This document shows positions 10,931 through 28,543 of a stretch of DNA of 64,000 bases, piece by piece; position 1 is the stretch's first letter; every line of letters starts with the position of its first letter. Position numbers and translations under genes: made by a program. The stretch is taken from contig CM000432.1 in the NCBI GenBank assembly GCA_000165345.1, positions 256,001-320,000 of the forward strand. Reading direction: 5' to 3'. The notes beneath the pieces are model-generated. The model was given only the letters and a program-made list of their open reading frames with translations, was not told where the DNA came from and made no database searches.

Positions 10931-11342
10931 ATCTTTATTTCCTGTTCATTCCAATCTTTAGTATATTTAAAATGGCTTAATAATTGTACATAAAATTTGA
11001 AAACTCATTCGTTAAATATTAAAGAGTAATAAGATATTTCTCTTAATATATTTAAATTTGAATTGATTTATCCAATTATTTTATTTTAAATAGTTTTGTA
11101 TCATTAATTTAAAATTGTGTGTGCAAATAAATAAGTGGTTTATACAAATAATATACCCATTAATTTCATTCCATTAAATATTTTTCTTCATTCAAAAAGT
11201 GGAATAATTGGAAAATAATTACTTAATAAAAGTAATTAAATCCCTAAAATTATTGGGTTGCACAAATACTTTCAATCATTATTTCATTCCACTTAATGTT
11301 TATATTAACATGAAAATATTAGAAAATAACTCGACTAAAATA

Positions 11343-11366
11343 TGGCGCCAAAGCGCTTTGGCGCCA
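11343..11366. promoter_or_regulatory. Perfect 24-bp palindrome TGGCGCCAAAGCGCTTTGGCGCCA (double E2F-like site)
   Basis: Its reverse complement is identical to itself. Two TTTGGCGCCA half-sites around a central AGCGCT. Sits in the divergent promoter between the membrane-protein gene (start 10892) and the kinase gene (start 11836). The 70-aa ORF 11208..11420 in the track simply reads through it. Confidence 0.6.
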
Positions 11367-11835
11367 AAACGAGCGGTATCTAAAAAAGAAAATGCATGCA
11401 ATATTAAAGAAAAAAAATAATGTATGGCAAAATTTGAGGAAACAAAAATTAAATAGAATTAATAAGTATTAAAGAAGTAATAGTTGTTTTAGATATTTAA
11501 TTATTATTTATTATTAAATCAAAATTTTTATAATTGAAGAGGAAATAAGTATAAAATATTTGACTAATAATGAATAAGATTTGAAAGAAAAGGGAAATAT
11601 AGATCAAGTTTCTAATAAATCTGGCCTTATTTATTTCAGATTTTTACATTCTTTGTTATAAAATAATTCTTAATTAGTATTACATATTACTATTGCAAAA
11701 TTAATTAATTAATAATTAATTAAAGTTATAAATATTAGTAGAAACGACTTCTGGAATATATTAAAAGTAAGGGAGTGGTTTTCTTTTTTCTTTTTTTTTT
11801 GAAATAACTAAATTATTATTGGAATATTAGAAGTT

Positions 11836-12789
11836 ATGGAACTAAGTGAAACAAAATTGGAAGATATAAATCACAATTCTGAGTTTAATAAAGATAATTA
11901 TTATAATGAAAAAAATAATTTGAATCATAATTTGGAGGTAAACAATTTAGATATTCAAGAAGTAAATAATAGAAGAAGTTCTACAAGATGTAGCATTAAA
12001 ATGAGAACATCTTTGGTAGATGACCTTCATCAATTAATGCCAAGAGTAGTAACATTAGAAAGAAATGATCAAGGTCAAATTAAATATAATTTAAAAGTTC
12101 CTGCTGGAGAATTAATAAACTCAAGTCAATTTGAATTTGTTAATTTAATTAGTTCAGGAGGATTTGGTGTTGTTAATCTTTGTAAAAGTAATAATCTGGG
12201 AAATTTACCCAATGGAAGAGAAATTGCAGTAAAATTATTTACAAGAGGAGGTAAAGAAGGTGGGAGTAATCAACTTTCAGATGAAAGACTAAAATCAATA
12301 GAATCTGAGTTAAATTATGTTCGTATGTTTAAGCATCCAAATATTATAGAATATTATGGTATTTTAAATCCATCAACTGGTCAAATAGGATTTGCAATGG
12401 AATATTTGGATGGTGGAACAGTTTTTGAAGTTTTATATTCTAAAATTAATATTATTCCTTTAGAAATTAGGAAGATGTGGTGTGTACAATTAGTTAAAGC
12501 TGTGGCTTATTTACATGAAGGATGCGCTCCTTATAGATTTATACATAGAGATATTAAAACAATTAATATGTTAATCAATAGAAAGGATCTTAGCATTCGA
12601 TTATGCGACTTTGGTAATGTTAGAGAGAGAACTTTTTCGTATTACAGACTAAATTATATGGGGACAGTAAGATATCTCCCCAGATCAGCAAAGTGGTTCA
12701 TTATTATGAAAAACAGAGTATGGCAATGGTCTGGAGATGAGATTTTGAAGTGGGATCCCTTATCAAAATTTAATGATGATAATCTTTAA
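11836..12789 (+). CDS. Ser/Thr protein kinase (STE/MAP3K-like catalytic domain), C-lobe apparently interrupted
   Basis: Gly-loop GGFGVVNLCK, VAIK-type lysine REIAVKLF, HRDIKTINML catalytic loop, DFG. After subdomain VIII/IX (GTVRYLP...VWQWSGDEIL) the frame stops at 12789. However 12791-12907 encodes, in the +1 frame, ...LIFSTCLKKCVKMSTTDPNMRPNSQHY* (subdomain XI-like DPxxRP). Another frame gives PPEIPSFF across a T6 run at 12826-12833. See the finding on this region. Confidence 0.7.
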   Translation: MELSETKLEDINHNSEFNKDNYYNEKNNLNHNLEVNNLDIQEVNNRRSSTRCSIKMRTSLVDDLHQLMPRVVTLERNDQGQIKYNLKVPAGELINSSQFEFVNLISSGGFGVVNLCKSNNLGNLPNGREIAVKLFTRGGKEGGSNQLSDERLKSIESELNYVRMFKHPNIIEYYGILNPSTGQIGFAMEYLDGGTVFEVLYSKINIIPLEIRKMWCVQLVKAVAYLHEGCAPYRFIHRDIKTINMLINRKDLSIRLCDFGNVRERTFSYYRLNYMGTVRYLPRSAKWFIIMKNRVWQWSGDEILKWDPLSKFNDDNL

Positions 12790-13036
12790 TTAGTTGATAG
12801 AGAAGGAGTCCTCCAGAAATACCCTCATTTTTTCCACGTGTTTAAAAAAGTGTGTCAAAATGTCTACAACTGACCCTAATATGAGACCAAATAGTCAGCA
12901 TTACTAAGAGATGTTATTACACTTGACATGAAGTATTAGAAATCTAAAGCTTGGTAGGCTTGATAAGTACCCAAAAGTCTGATAAAATGTTGCTAATATT
13001 TGAACCAAGTATTTGATAATAGCACAAGTAAGCAAG

Positions 13037-13498
13037 TCATCTCTTTTTCGTTCCTCGCATACTTATACTGATACTAATACTACTGTTACTACAACAACAA
13101 CTACCACTACAACAACAACTACAACAACAACTACTACTACCACTACAGCAACTACTTCTACCACTACTACCACTGTTACCATTGCTATCACTGCTACCGC
13201 TGCTACTGCTACCACTGCTACTGCTACCACTGCTACTGCTACCATTGCTACTGCTACCATTGCTACTGCTACCATTGCTACTGCTACCATTGCTACTGCT
13301 ACCATTGCTACTGCTACCATTGCTACTGCTACCACTGCTACTGCTACCACTGCTGCCACTATCATATTTGCCTCTCGCTCTTCCCATTCTCCTCCTCATC
13401 TTCCTCCTTTTCATCCTCCTTTTCATCCTCCCCCTCCCCTCTTTTGCTCCCCTTTCCTCTCTTCCAGGATTGTTAATAACTAAAATCATTTCAAGCAT
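13037..13498 (-). CDS. Candidate small basic/Ser-rich repeat protein (153 aa); coding strand uncertain
   Basis: The minus strand has a genuine ATG (complement 13496..13498), an Arg/Lys-rich N-terminus (RMKRRMKRRKMRRRMGRARGK), then (SSSNG)n and Cys/Ser runs, and it fits the convergent gene layout. The plus-strand alternative (poly-Thr, Pro-rich tail) has no ATG (the track start is TTG) and an upstream in-frame stop. Confidence 0.3.
   Translation of the reverse strand: MLEMILVINNPGREERGAKEGRGRMKRRMKRRKMRRRMGRARGKYDSGSSGSSSSGSSSNGSSSNGSSSNGSSSNGSSSNGSSSNGSSSSGSSSSGSSSSGSSDSNGNSGSSGRSSCCSGSSSCCCSCCCSGSCCCSNSSISISISMRGTKKR
13196..13360. repeat. 15-bp tandem repeat ACC(A/C)(T/C)TGCTACTGCT x about 11, with 6 perfect consecutive copies at 13241-13330
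   Basis: Read directly from the sequence. Embedded in a broader ACT/ACC/ACA/GCT triplet-repeat tract (about 13040-13370). Confidence 0.9.
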
Positions 13499-13753
13499 TT
13501 TAATTTGGCTATTATTAATTATAATTGATCCAATATTTCGATATGGTATTTAACTATTTATTTTGAAAAGAAGAAAAAATATTAACTTTTCAATCTGTTG
13601 GATTCAATTTCTCATTACTTAATATATTTCTAATTATATTAATAATATTAACAATTTTAGGGTCAGAAATTTATACCATAAATTGAAATTATTTTTGCAT
13701 GTACTAATAAATTATTACGCTTATTATTTACAATGTCAAAAAAAAAAAGCGAA

Positions 13754-13766
13754 GTAGCGCCAAACC
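13754..13766. promoter_or_regulatory. E2F-like half-site GTAGCGCCAAACC
   Basis: GC island in the AT-rich intergenic region between the 13498 (-) start and the 14169 (+) start. Confidence 0.35.
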
Positions 13767-14168
13767 TGTTTTAATAGTTATTTTTTGACACGTAATAAAA
13801 AATTATTAAAACAATAATCGATTAAAATAGTATTTGACTTACAAAGTTAGGCAGCGAACAAGAAAAGCTATAATTCAGACATTTGAATATTAAAGTTTAG
13901 TTTTCTTCATATTCTCTTTCTTTTTAATAATTGTTTGGATTAATCGATCAACAATAAAAGTTGAAATGAATTGATAAAGGTTTATAAGATTTTTATTGAA
14001 TAAAGGAGGAATATTTGAATTTTATCAACTTTGAGGGAAGACAAATTTTCTTTATATATTTTGCCTTTAGATTTAAACAATTTTAAATTAATAAAGCTGA
14101 TTATTTGAATAAAGTGGAAGAAAGTTTTCTTTCTTTTATTTAATTAATTTAGTGGAATATAACTTAAA

Positions 14169-22476
<8,308 letters not shown>

Positions 22477-22803
22477 TTCTAAAACTAATTATTAATTTAC
22501 TTATTCAACATTTTTTTGAAAATTATAAATTAACATATCATTAATAATTATAGATATTTGTAGAAATCTTATATTAAGAAATTAAGCTTATTCTCTATAT
22601 TTTACTATTCATTTACTTACTTATGTTTACTAAATTTGATTTTCCTAATAAAAGATGATTAGAAACTTACTTAACTAAAATATTCTTAAAAAAAAAAGAA
22701 TCAAAGAAATAATCTAATAATAATCAAAAATGACTTGTAACATGTAATATTTATTTTTATTATTATTATTATTTGCACAATTAAAATTAATTATTTTTGA
22801 GAC

Positions 22804-22816
22804 AGCCCGCCAATTT
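22804..22816. promoter_or_regulatory. E2F-like site AGCCCGCCAATTT upstream of eIF3g
   Basis: A GGCGGG-type GC island about 440 bp upstream of the eIF3g ATG. Confidence 0.35.
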
Positions 22817-23256
22817 AATATAATTTAATATATTATTTAATTAATATTATTAAGTACCTTGAATAGTGTCTGGAAGAAGAGAAGTAAAGGAAAAGGAGAA
22901 ATTTTTTTTTTTACATTAAAAATAGGTAAAAAGGATCATATCAGTAAAAAACTTCCTTGAAATTAAACAGATATACAGATATATATATATATATATATAT
23001 ATAGAAGAATCTAAATACAAATAGTTTATTGTAACATATAATTTACAATCGACTATTTTGAAGAAAATTAGAAAGAAAAGGAATAAGAAGAAAAGAAAAA
23101 CAAGGTCTTGAATTTTCTTTTTAGTAATCTCAAGTCAAGGAAGAACTTAGTAAATTACTAATAACTGATACAATCCCAAGTAAAATAAGAAGAGAAGTCT
23201 ATTTAAAAAAAAAAAAAAAAGAATATTATTTTAAAAAATTTGTAATTCTTGTGATC

Positions 23257-24315
23257 ATGAGTACCGACTTTATGAATGTAAGAAGAAGTGCTTGGGCTGA
23301 TGAGGATATTGACGACTTTGAACCATCATTTGATGAACCATTAAAAGGTTTTGAATCAAAACCTGATAAAGATGGTATTAAACATGTAATTAGTTATATT
23401 AAAGATAGTAAAGGTTCTACTATTAAAATCACAAAAAAAATTAAAGAAGTTAGAAATATTATAAAAATTAATAAGAATGTTGTGAATAGAAGATTAATTA
23501 TGGAAAGAAATCTTGCAGATAGATTCAATTCTGATACAGATGTTCCAAAACTTGGAGATGAAATATCTATTGATATTCCAAAGAATACAGATTCAATGAA
23601 CTTTCAAGATAAAGATAATGATGATGATTATTATTTCATGGATTTACCCACATCTAATAATAATAAACTATCAATGTTTAAAAAATCTGGAAATAATTAT
23701 CCATTCATTCTTGGTGATGAACAGATTGAAAAAATTACTTATGGACAACAAAATAACTCTATGAATGATATGAATTCATCTTTTACTGGTGGATTTGGAT
23801 CTAATGCTTCCTCTTCTAATGGACTAAATCTTGGATTTGGTACATCACTTACAAACAAAGGTGGAATGAGTGATGTTAAAACAACAGTTGGAAGTGGTAT
23901 AATCACTTCAAATATTAACTCCAGTAACAATACTGGAATTAATACTATTGGTACAAGCATTGCTAGTAATAATGCTAACAGATATCAACCTCCATTCCTT
24001 AGAACCACTTCCAGTAGTGCATTTGAAAGAGGATCAAATTTACAATCATCACATAGAGATGATTGTACAGTCAGAGTTGCAAATCTTTCTGAAGATGCAA
24101 CTGAAGAAGATCTACAAGAACTCTTTAAAACTGCTGGAAGAGTTGTAAAAGTCTTTCTTGCTAAGAATAAAAATAATTCCAAGAATACTAAAGGTTTTGC
24201 ATTTATTACTTATTCTAAGAGAGAAGAGGCCCAAAATGCTATTAGAAAACTTAATCGTCATGGATATGATAACTTGCTACTTAATGTAGAATGGGCAAAA
24301 ACTAAAGAAAAGTGA
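23257..24315 (+). CDS. EIF3G: Translation initiation factor eIF3 subunit G (eIF3g/TIF35)
   Basis: N-terminal eIF3g domain (KHVISYIKDSKGSTIKITKKIKEV resembles human KTVTEYKIDEDGKKFKIVRTFRIE). C-terminal RRM RDDCTVRVANLSEDATEEDLQELF...KGFAFITYSKREEAQNAIRKLNRHGYDNLLLNVEWAK is nearly identical in pattern to human ...TIRVTNLSEDTRETDLQELF...KGFAFISFHRRED...GFGYDHLILNVEWAK. The track start at 23251 is GTG. The first ATG is 23257. Confidence 0.9.
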   Translation: MSTDFMNVRRSAWADEDIDDFEPSFDEPLKGFESKPDKDGIKHVISYIKDSKGSTIKITKKIKEVRNIIKINKNVVNRRLIMERNLADRFNSDTDVPKLGDEISIDIPKNTDSMNFQDKDNDDDYYFMDLPTSNNNKLSMFKKSGNNYPFILGDEQIEKITYGQQNNSMNDMNSSFTGGFGSNASSSNGLNLGFGTSLTNKGGMSDVKTTVGSGIITSNINSSNNTGINTIGTSIASNNANRYQPPFLRTTSSSAFERGSNLQSSHRDDCTVRVANLSEDATEEDLQELFKTAGRVVKVFLAKNKNNSKNTKGFAFITYSKREEAQNAIRKLNRHGYDNLLLNVEWAKTKEK

Positions 24316-24699
24316 ATTAAGGCAGGATAGAGACTCATGTCTGAGCCCGCCATTTATCAAGTTTTAATATAATGATCAATTTTATATTTATTATTATAGT
24401 TATTTTCGATACGAAAAATTATCACAAATTCATTAATTTACTATAATTTTAGAAAAAAATCGACTATTTGTTTAATTAATTAATTACATATACTTATTAC
24501 CTCTAGATTCTACAATTTTCTATATTATTATTCATAATGTTAATAATAAGCATGCTCGCTTTTGCGTAAACATTTGTTTACATGTCAGCTCTACACCTAA
24601 TTATCATTCGCTCTCTTTTATTCTTTTCTTCTTTTTTTATTCTTCTTTTCTCTATCGATTTATACTTATACTTGTACTATAGTTTTTTATCATATTAAA

Positions 24700-26742
24700 T
24701 TATCCAAATATGTGTTTATATCTCCTTAATAGACCATAATTTGTACCACATGCAATTTCCATTCCATCACTATCGTAATGTAATAAAACTACATCCTCAG
24801 AATCATCATTAATGTCATCACAAAAAATTGTACCTAAATTAGATCCATCATACAGTGAATGTATATATATTGCTTTTCTTAAAGAATTTTTATTTTTGGA
24901 AAAAAAAGCATTTTCATCGTCAATTATAGGACAGAATGGCGCCAATTGTCCATCATGTTGATTTAAATAGCAACTTGTATCTAATTCAAAATCAATAATC
25001 TGATTTTGACTTTGATTTTGGCAAGAATAATTCGTATTATTTATTGAATTATTATTAGTAATAGTTATAATTTCTTGTTCATTCTCAGATATTGTTTCAC
25101 CAGTAATAGTTGTTGTCAATGACATATTATGATTAGATCTATTAACTAAAGAAGAATTTTCAATATTATTTGATCCATAGAAACATGTGAAATATTTTGA
25201 TGCTTGAATAAATTGAGGTATAAAACCACTCATACTCATATAGCTACTATTTTCATGATTATTGTAATTTTCATTCAAATGTTGTATATTATTTGTATCT
25301 TCATTTTCTTGTTCGTATTCATTTAATATTAATCCATTGCAGTAAGTCATAATTATTCCTTTACTAAAACAAACATTTACACAATCAGCAGTTTGTATTC
25401 CTGGTAATGAAATTCTGAATTTAATTTCTACTTCACCCAAATTATTACATGTCCATACATTAATTTCATCAGTAGAAACTGTTAAAAAATTAGTAAAGTT
25501 ATTAATTTCAGTAATTTGATCAAAAAAGATGAATGCTTTAGGATGAAAGTCTCTAGTTCTTGAAATCTTTTTGCTTGAATTTGTTAGTAAATTCCATACT
25601 CTAATTGAACAACTTTCTTGTTTTAATAGTAAATACTCTCTGTGTAATTCTAAAAATTGTATATCTAATGATGATCTTAATTTTACTATAGTTTTTTCCT
25701 ATAAATATTAATTTTTTTTAATATTCATTTTATTTTTGTTTTGAATAAAAAATCAACTTACAAGGTATTCCCCATTTGATATATTACATAAATGTGCTTC
25801 TATTGTTGAATATGATGGTTGTCTAATAAAAAATAGTAATTAATAAGAAAAAAAAAATCGCATATCATTGATAAAACTTACCTAAAAAACACAACAGTAC
25901 CATCAGATATTCTCATTTCCAAAAAATTTTGGCCTTTAATTTGATATAGTTTATTATAATTACTCATATCCCAAAAAGTAAAATAATCATTTTGCGGATC
26001 TGCTACTACTATTCTTCCATTCCCATCTAAAGGAAAAAGTTTATTTTTTTTTTTATTATTTTTTAAACTCACCATCGAATTCAATAAATCCTGGATTCCC
26101 TACTTTAATTTGTTGAAATTCCTTTCCAATATTACTTGAGATATTTCTTTTTAACATTACATCTTCTATATTAAAAATAGTACAATTCAACATTGATGGA
26201 TCATGATGAAATGCTATTACTATTGTATTATTCAACTTGTTGTAAAATAAAGATCTTATTGCTTTATTTAATAAATATTATGATTTATCTTTTAATTGAA
26301 TTCATTTAATTTTCAAACTTACTTTCTGATGGAGATCTATTTAAAATACATAATATTTTATTATTATGCCTATTATATGCTGTTCCTAAACCAGAATCAT
26401 TTCTTTTTATTGATTTTTAATTAATAAATTTAATTTGATTTAATTATTTAAAACTTACAATACAAAAAGTATCTCTTTACTAAATACAACCTCAATAATC
26501 TTAGATGGTTTACTTAATTTACAATGCCCACGTATTATTTGCGGTAAATCATTTGTTATATTAAGAATACTACTCAATTTCATTCTTTTGAATTCCAATG
26601 TTTGTGATAGTGTTGGGGGTATTCTAAACTCATTGCTTTGTGCTCCTCCATAGTATTTATTTTGTATAATATTTTTCACTATTGATAAATTAACCCTTTT
26701 GTTTGTAACATTGTAATTTCTTATACTTTTCTTCTTTGTCAT
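24700..26742 (-). CDS. Six-exon gene (about 585 aa), beta-propeller/WD-like hypothetical protein: complement(join(24700..25698,25762..25822,25882..26026,26073..26261,26323..26402,26459..26742))
   Basis: Three track ORFs (26455..26742, 25878..26084, 24700..25440) link in frame through five short introns (57, 62, 46, 59 and 63 nt). Every donor is GTAAGT or GTGAGT and every acceptor is tttag/ttag/tatag, with matching phases. Stops lie in all frames immediately outside the exons. WD-like strands are present (YFTFWDM, SIRVWNL). No family assigned. Confidence 0.6.
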
Positions 26743-27579
26743 TTATTTAATTTTTTTAAAAATAATTCCTCTTTTAATTTATAACGAAAAAAAAAAAAAT
26801 TAGAAGTAAATGTTAATTCTAATAAAAAACCTCTTTGACCCTTAATTTTAATTCAATGCTTTATACTTAATTAATTTATTATCATTAATTTCACTATTGA
26901 CATATAATTTTTTTCAAAGTATTAGAACAAAATATTTATTTTATTTTATTTTATTTTTTTCAATTGATCAACTCTTTCTGTAATTAATTAATCAAAATAT
27001 TTTTTTTTTTAATAAAATAGTTGTAAAAAAAAGATATTTATATTTATTACACTGATCCCTTCTATATTAACGCATTTACTTCACATATTAAATATATTTC
27101 TTTGTCTTATTATTATTCTAATTTTTTTATTCCTATCTATTTAAAATTAATTAAAAAAAAAAATCTTTAGTGGTCAAAAAATGACGTGGCAATATTAAAT
27201 ATTTTTTTAAAAATTAATTTAAATAATTTTATGTGGACGAAGATTCTCCAATAAAATATTTTTTTTAATTCAAGATGGATTATATGGACATATTAATTAA
27301 CAAGTTGCAATAGTTCCTATACCGGTGTTTGACAATTTACATGCAGATTTGCATGCACACCACAACAAAAAAATTGACCTAAAAAAATATCTAAAATATA
27401 AAAGTTAAAGAGGAAAAAGGAAAGCTTTCCAATTTTTTCTTCAAGAAGAAGGAATTAATTTGAACTAATTTTGGTAAGTAAAAATTTTTTTTAAAAATTA
27501 ATATTACTTTATTTTTTAATTCGCAAATGTATATAATCATGTGCAATTTATATCAATTAAAAAAAAAAAAATTAAACTT

Positions 27580-27592
27580 AAATGGCGGTAAC
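27580..27592. promoter_or_regulatory. E2F-like half-site AAATGGCGGTAAC
   Basis: About 105 bp upstream of the MYND-gene ATG. The divergent promoter region also carries CCTATACCGGTGTTTGAC (27316-27333) and ATGCAGATTTGCATGCAC (27341-27358). Confidence 0.35.
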
Positions 27593-27698
27593 ACGAGTTT
27601 CAATGATTTAATTAAAATTTATTATTAGAATTTTTTTTTTTACTGAAATAATATCATCGTTATAGTTTATATAATAAGAAGTTAATTAAACAAATAAG

Positions 27699-28403
27699 AT
27701 GGATTCTTTAGATGAAGTGATTCACGAGAAATTTACATATGTTTTTATTCCATACCATGACTCTGACAAAATAGAAGTTAGAGAATTTTCTGGTAAGGAA
27801 GTCAACTTCAAGAATTTAATGCGCTCACATTTTTCCAGTAAATTAAGGAGTAGTGAAGTTTCTAAACTCCAAGAAACATTTAACAAGGAATCAAAAGCTT
27901 CAGACCAACTTGTTGAACAAGCAATCTTAAATAGTCAAAATTATGAAATTATTAGTCTTGTATTACCAAACAAAAGTAATAATTTTACAGCAACAAATGC
28001 ATATATTGATTCAATTGGAAGAATTAAAGAAATGCCTATTAATCCAAGAGCATCCAAAATTTGTTCAACTGATGTAAGAGGGGATTGCTTTATTTCATCT
28101 TCATTTGACGATGAATATGTATTTAAGAGAGTCAGTTTTGGTGAGGAAGAATATAATAAGCTTTGCAAAAATCCTCCATCTGCAGAAAATAGGTGGGATG
28201 CTTCAAAGATTTCAACAATGTTAAATAATCCAACAGATTTACTAAAAAGTAAAGAAGAAGATAAGATTTTAAATAGATGTGAGAGTTGTAGAAAAGAATC
28301 TGAAAAGACTTTACTAATTTGTAGTAGGTGTAAGAAAGTAGCATACTGCAATGTTGATTGCCAAAGAAAAGATTGGAGTTATCACAAACAATTTTGCAAA
28401 TAA
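27699..28403 (+). CDS. MYND-type zinc-finger protein
   Basis: C-terminal CESCRKESEKTLLICSRCKKVAYCNVDCQRKDWSYHKQFC matches the MYND C-x2-C...C-x2-C...C-x3-C...H-x3-C pattern. Real ATG. Confidence 0.8.
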   Translation: MDSLDEVIHEKFTYVFIPYHDSDKIEVREFSGKEVNFKNLMRSHFSSKLRSSEVSKLQETFNKESKASDQLVEQAILNSQNYEIISLVLPNKSNNFTATNAYIDSIGRIKEMPINPRASKICSTDVRGDCFISSSFDDEYVFKRVSFGEEEYNKLCKNPPSAENRWDASKISTMLNNPTDLLKSKEEDKILNRCESCRKESEKTLLICSRCKKVAYCNVDCQRKDWSYHKQFCK

Positions 28404-28543
28404 TCTAATTAAAAAATGAAAAAGTAAGAAAAATCCATAAATTAATTTATAAAAATAGTTATTAATAAATACTAGAAAAAAAAACTAAATTAAATATAGA
28501 ACAATATACTTGTAATTATTATTATTACAAATTAATAATAAAT

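Noticed and set aside
11208-11420. 70-aa plus-strand ORF
   Set aside because: It reads straight through the 24-bp TGGCGCCAAAGCGCTTTGGCGCCA palindrome in a divergent promoter. It is AT-rich junk on either side, has no coding features, and its start context is poor.
13013-13483. Plus-strand 156-aa poly-Thr/Pro-rich ORF over the triplet repeat
   Set aside because: The track start is TTG, there is no in-frame ATG anywhere, and an in-frame TGA lies 12 nt upstream. It could only be coding as a downstream exon, for which I found no donor/acceptor pairing. It is kept as an alternative in the findings.
13063-13553. Additional overlapping ORFs (13063..13365 minus, 13182..13553 plus) in other frames of the repeat
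   Set aside because: These are frame-shifted readings of the same repeat (poly-V/A and poly-L/P) and are artefacts of repeat periodicity.
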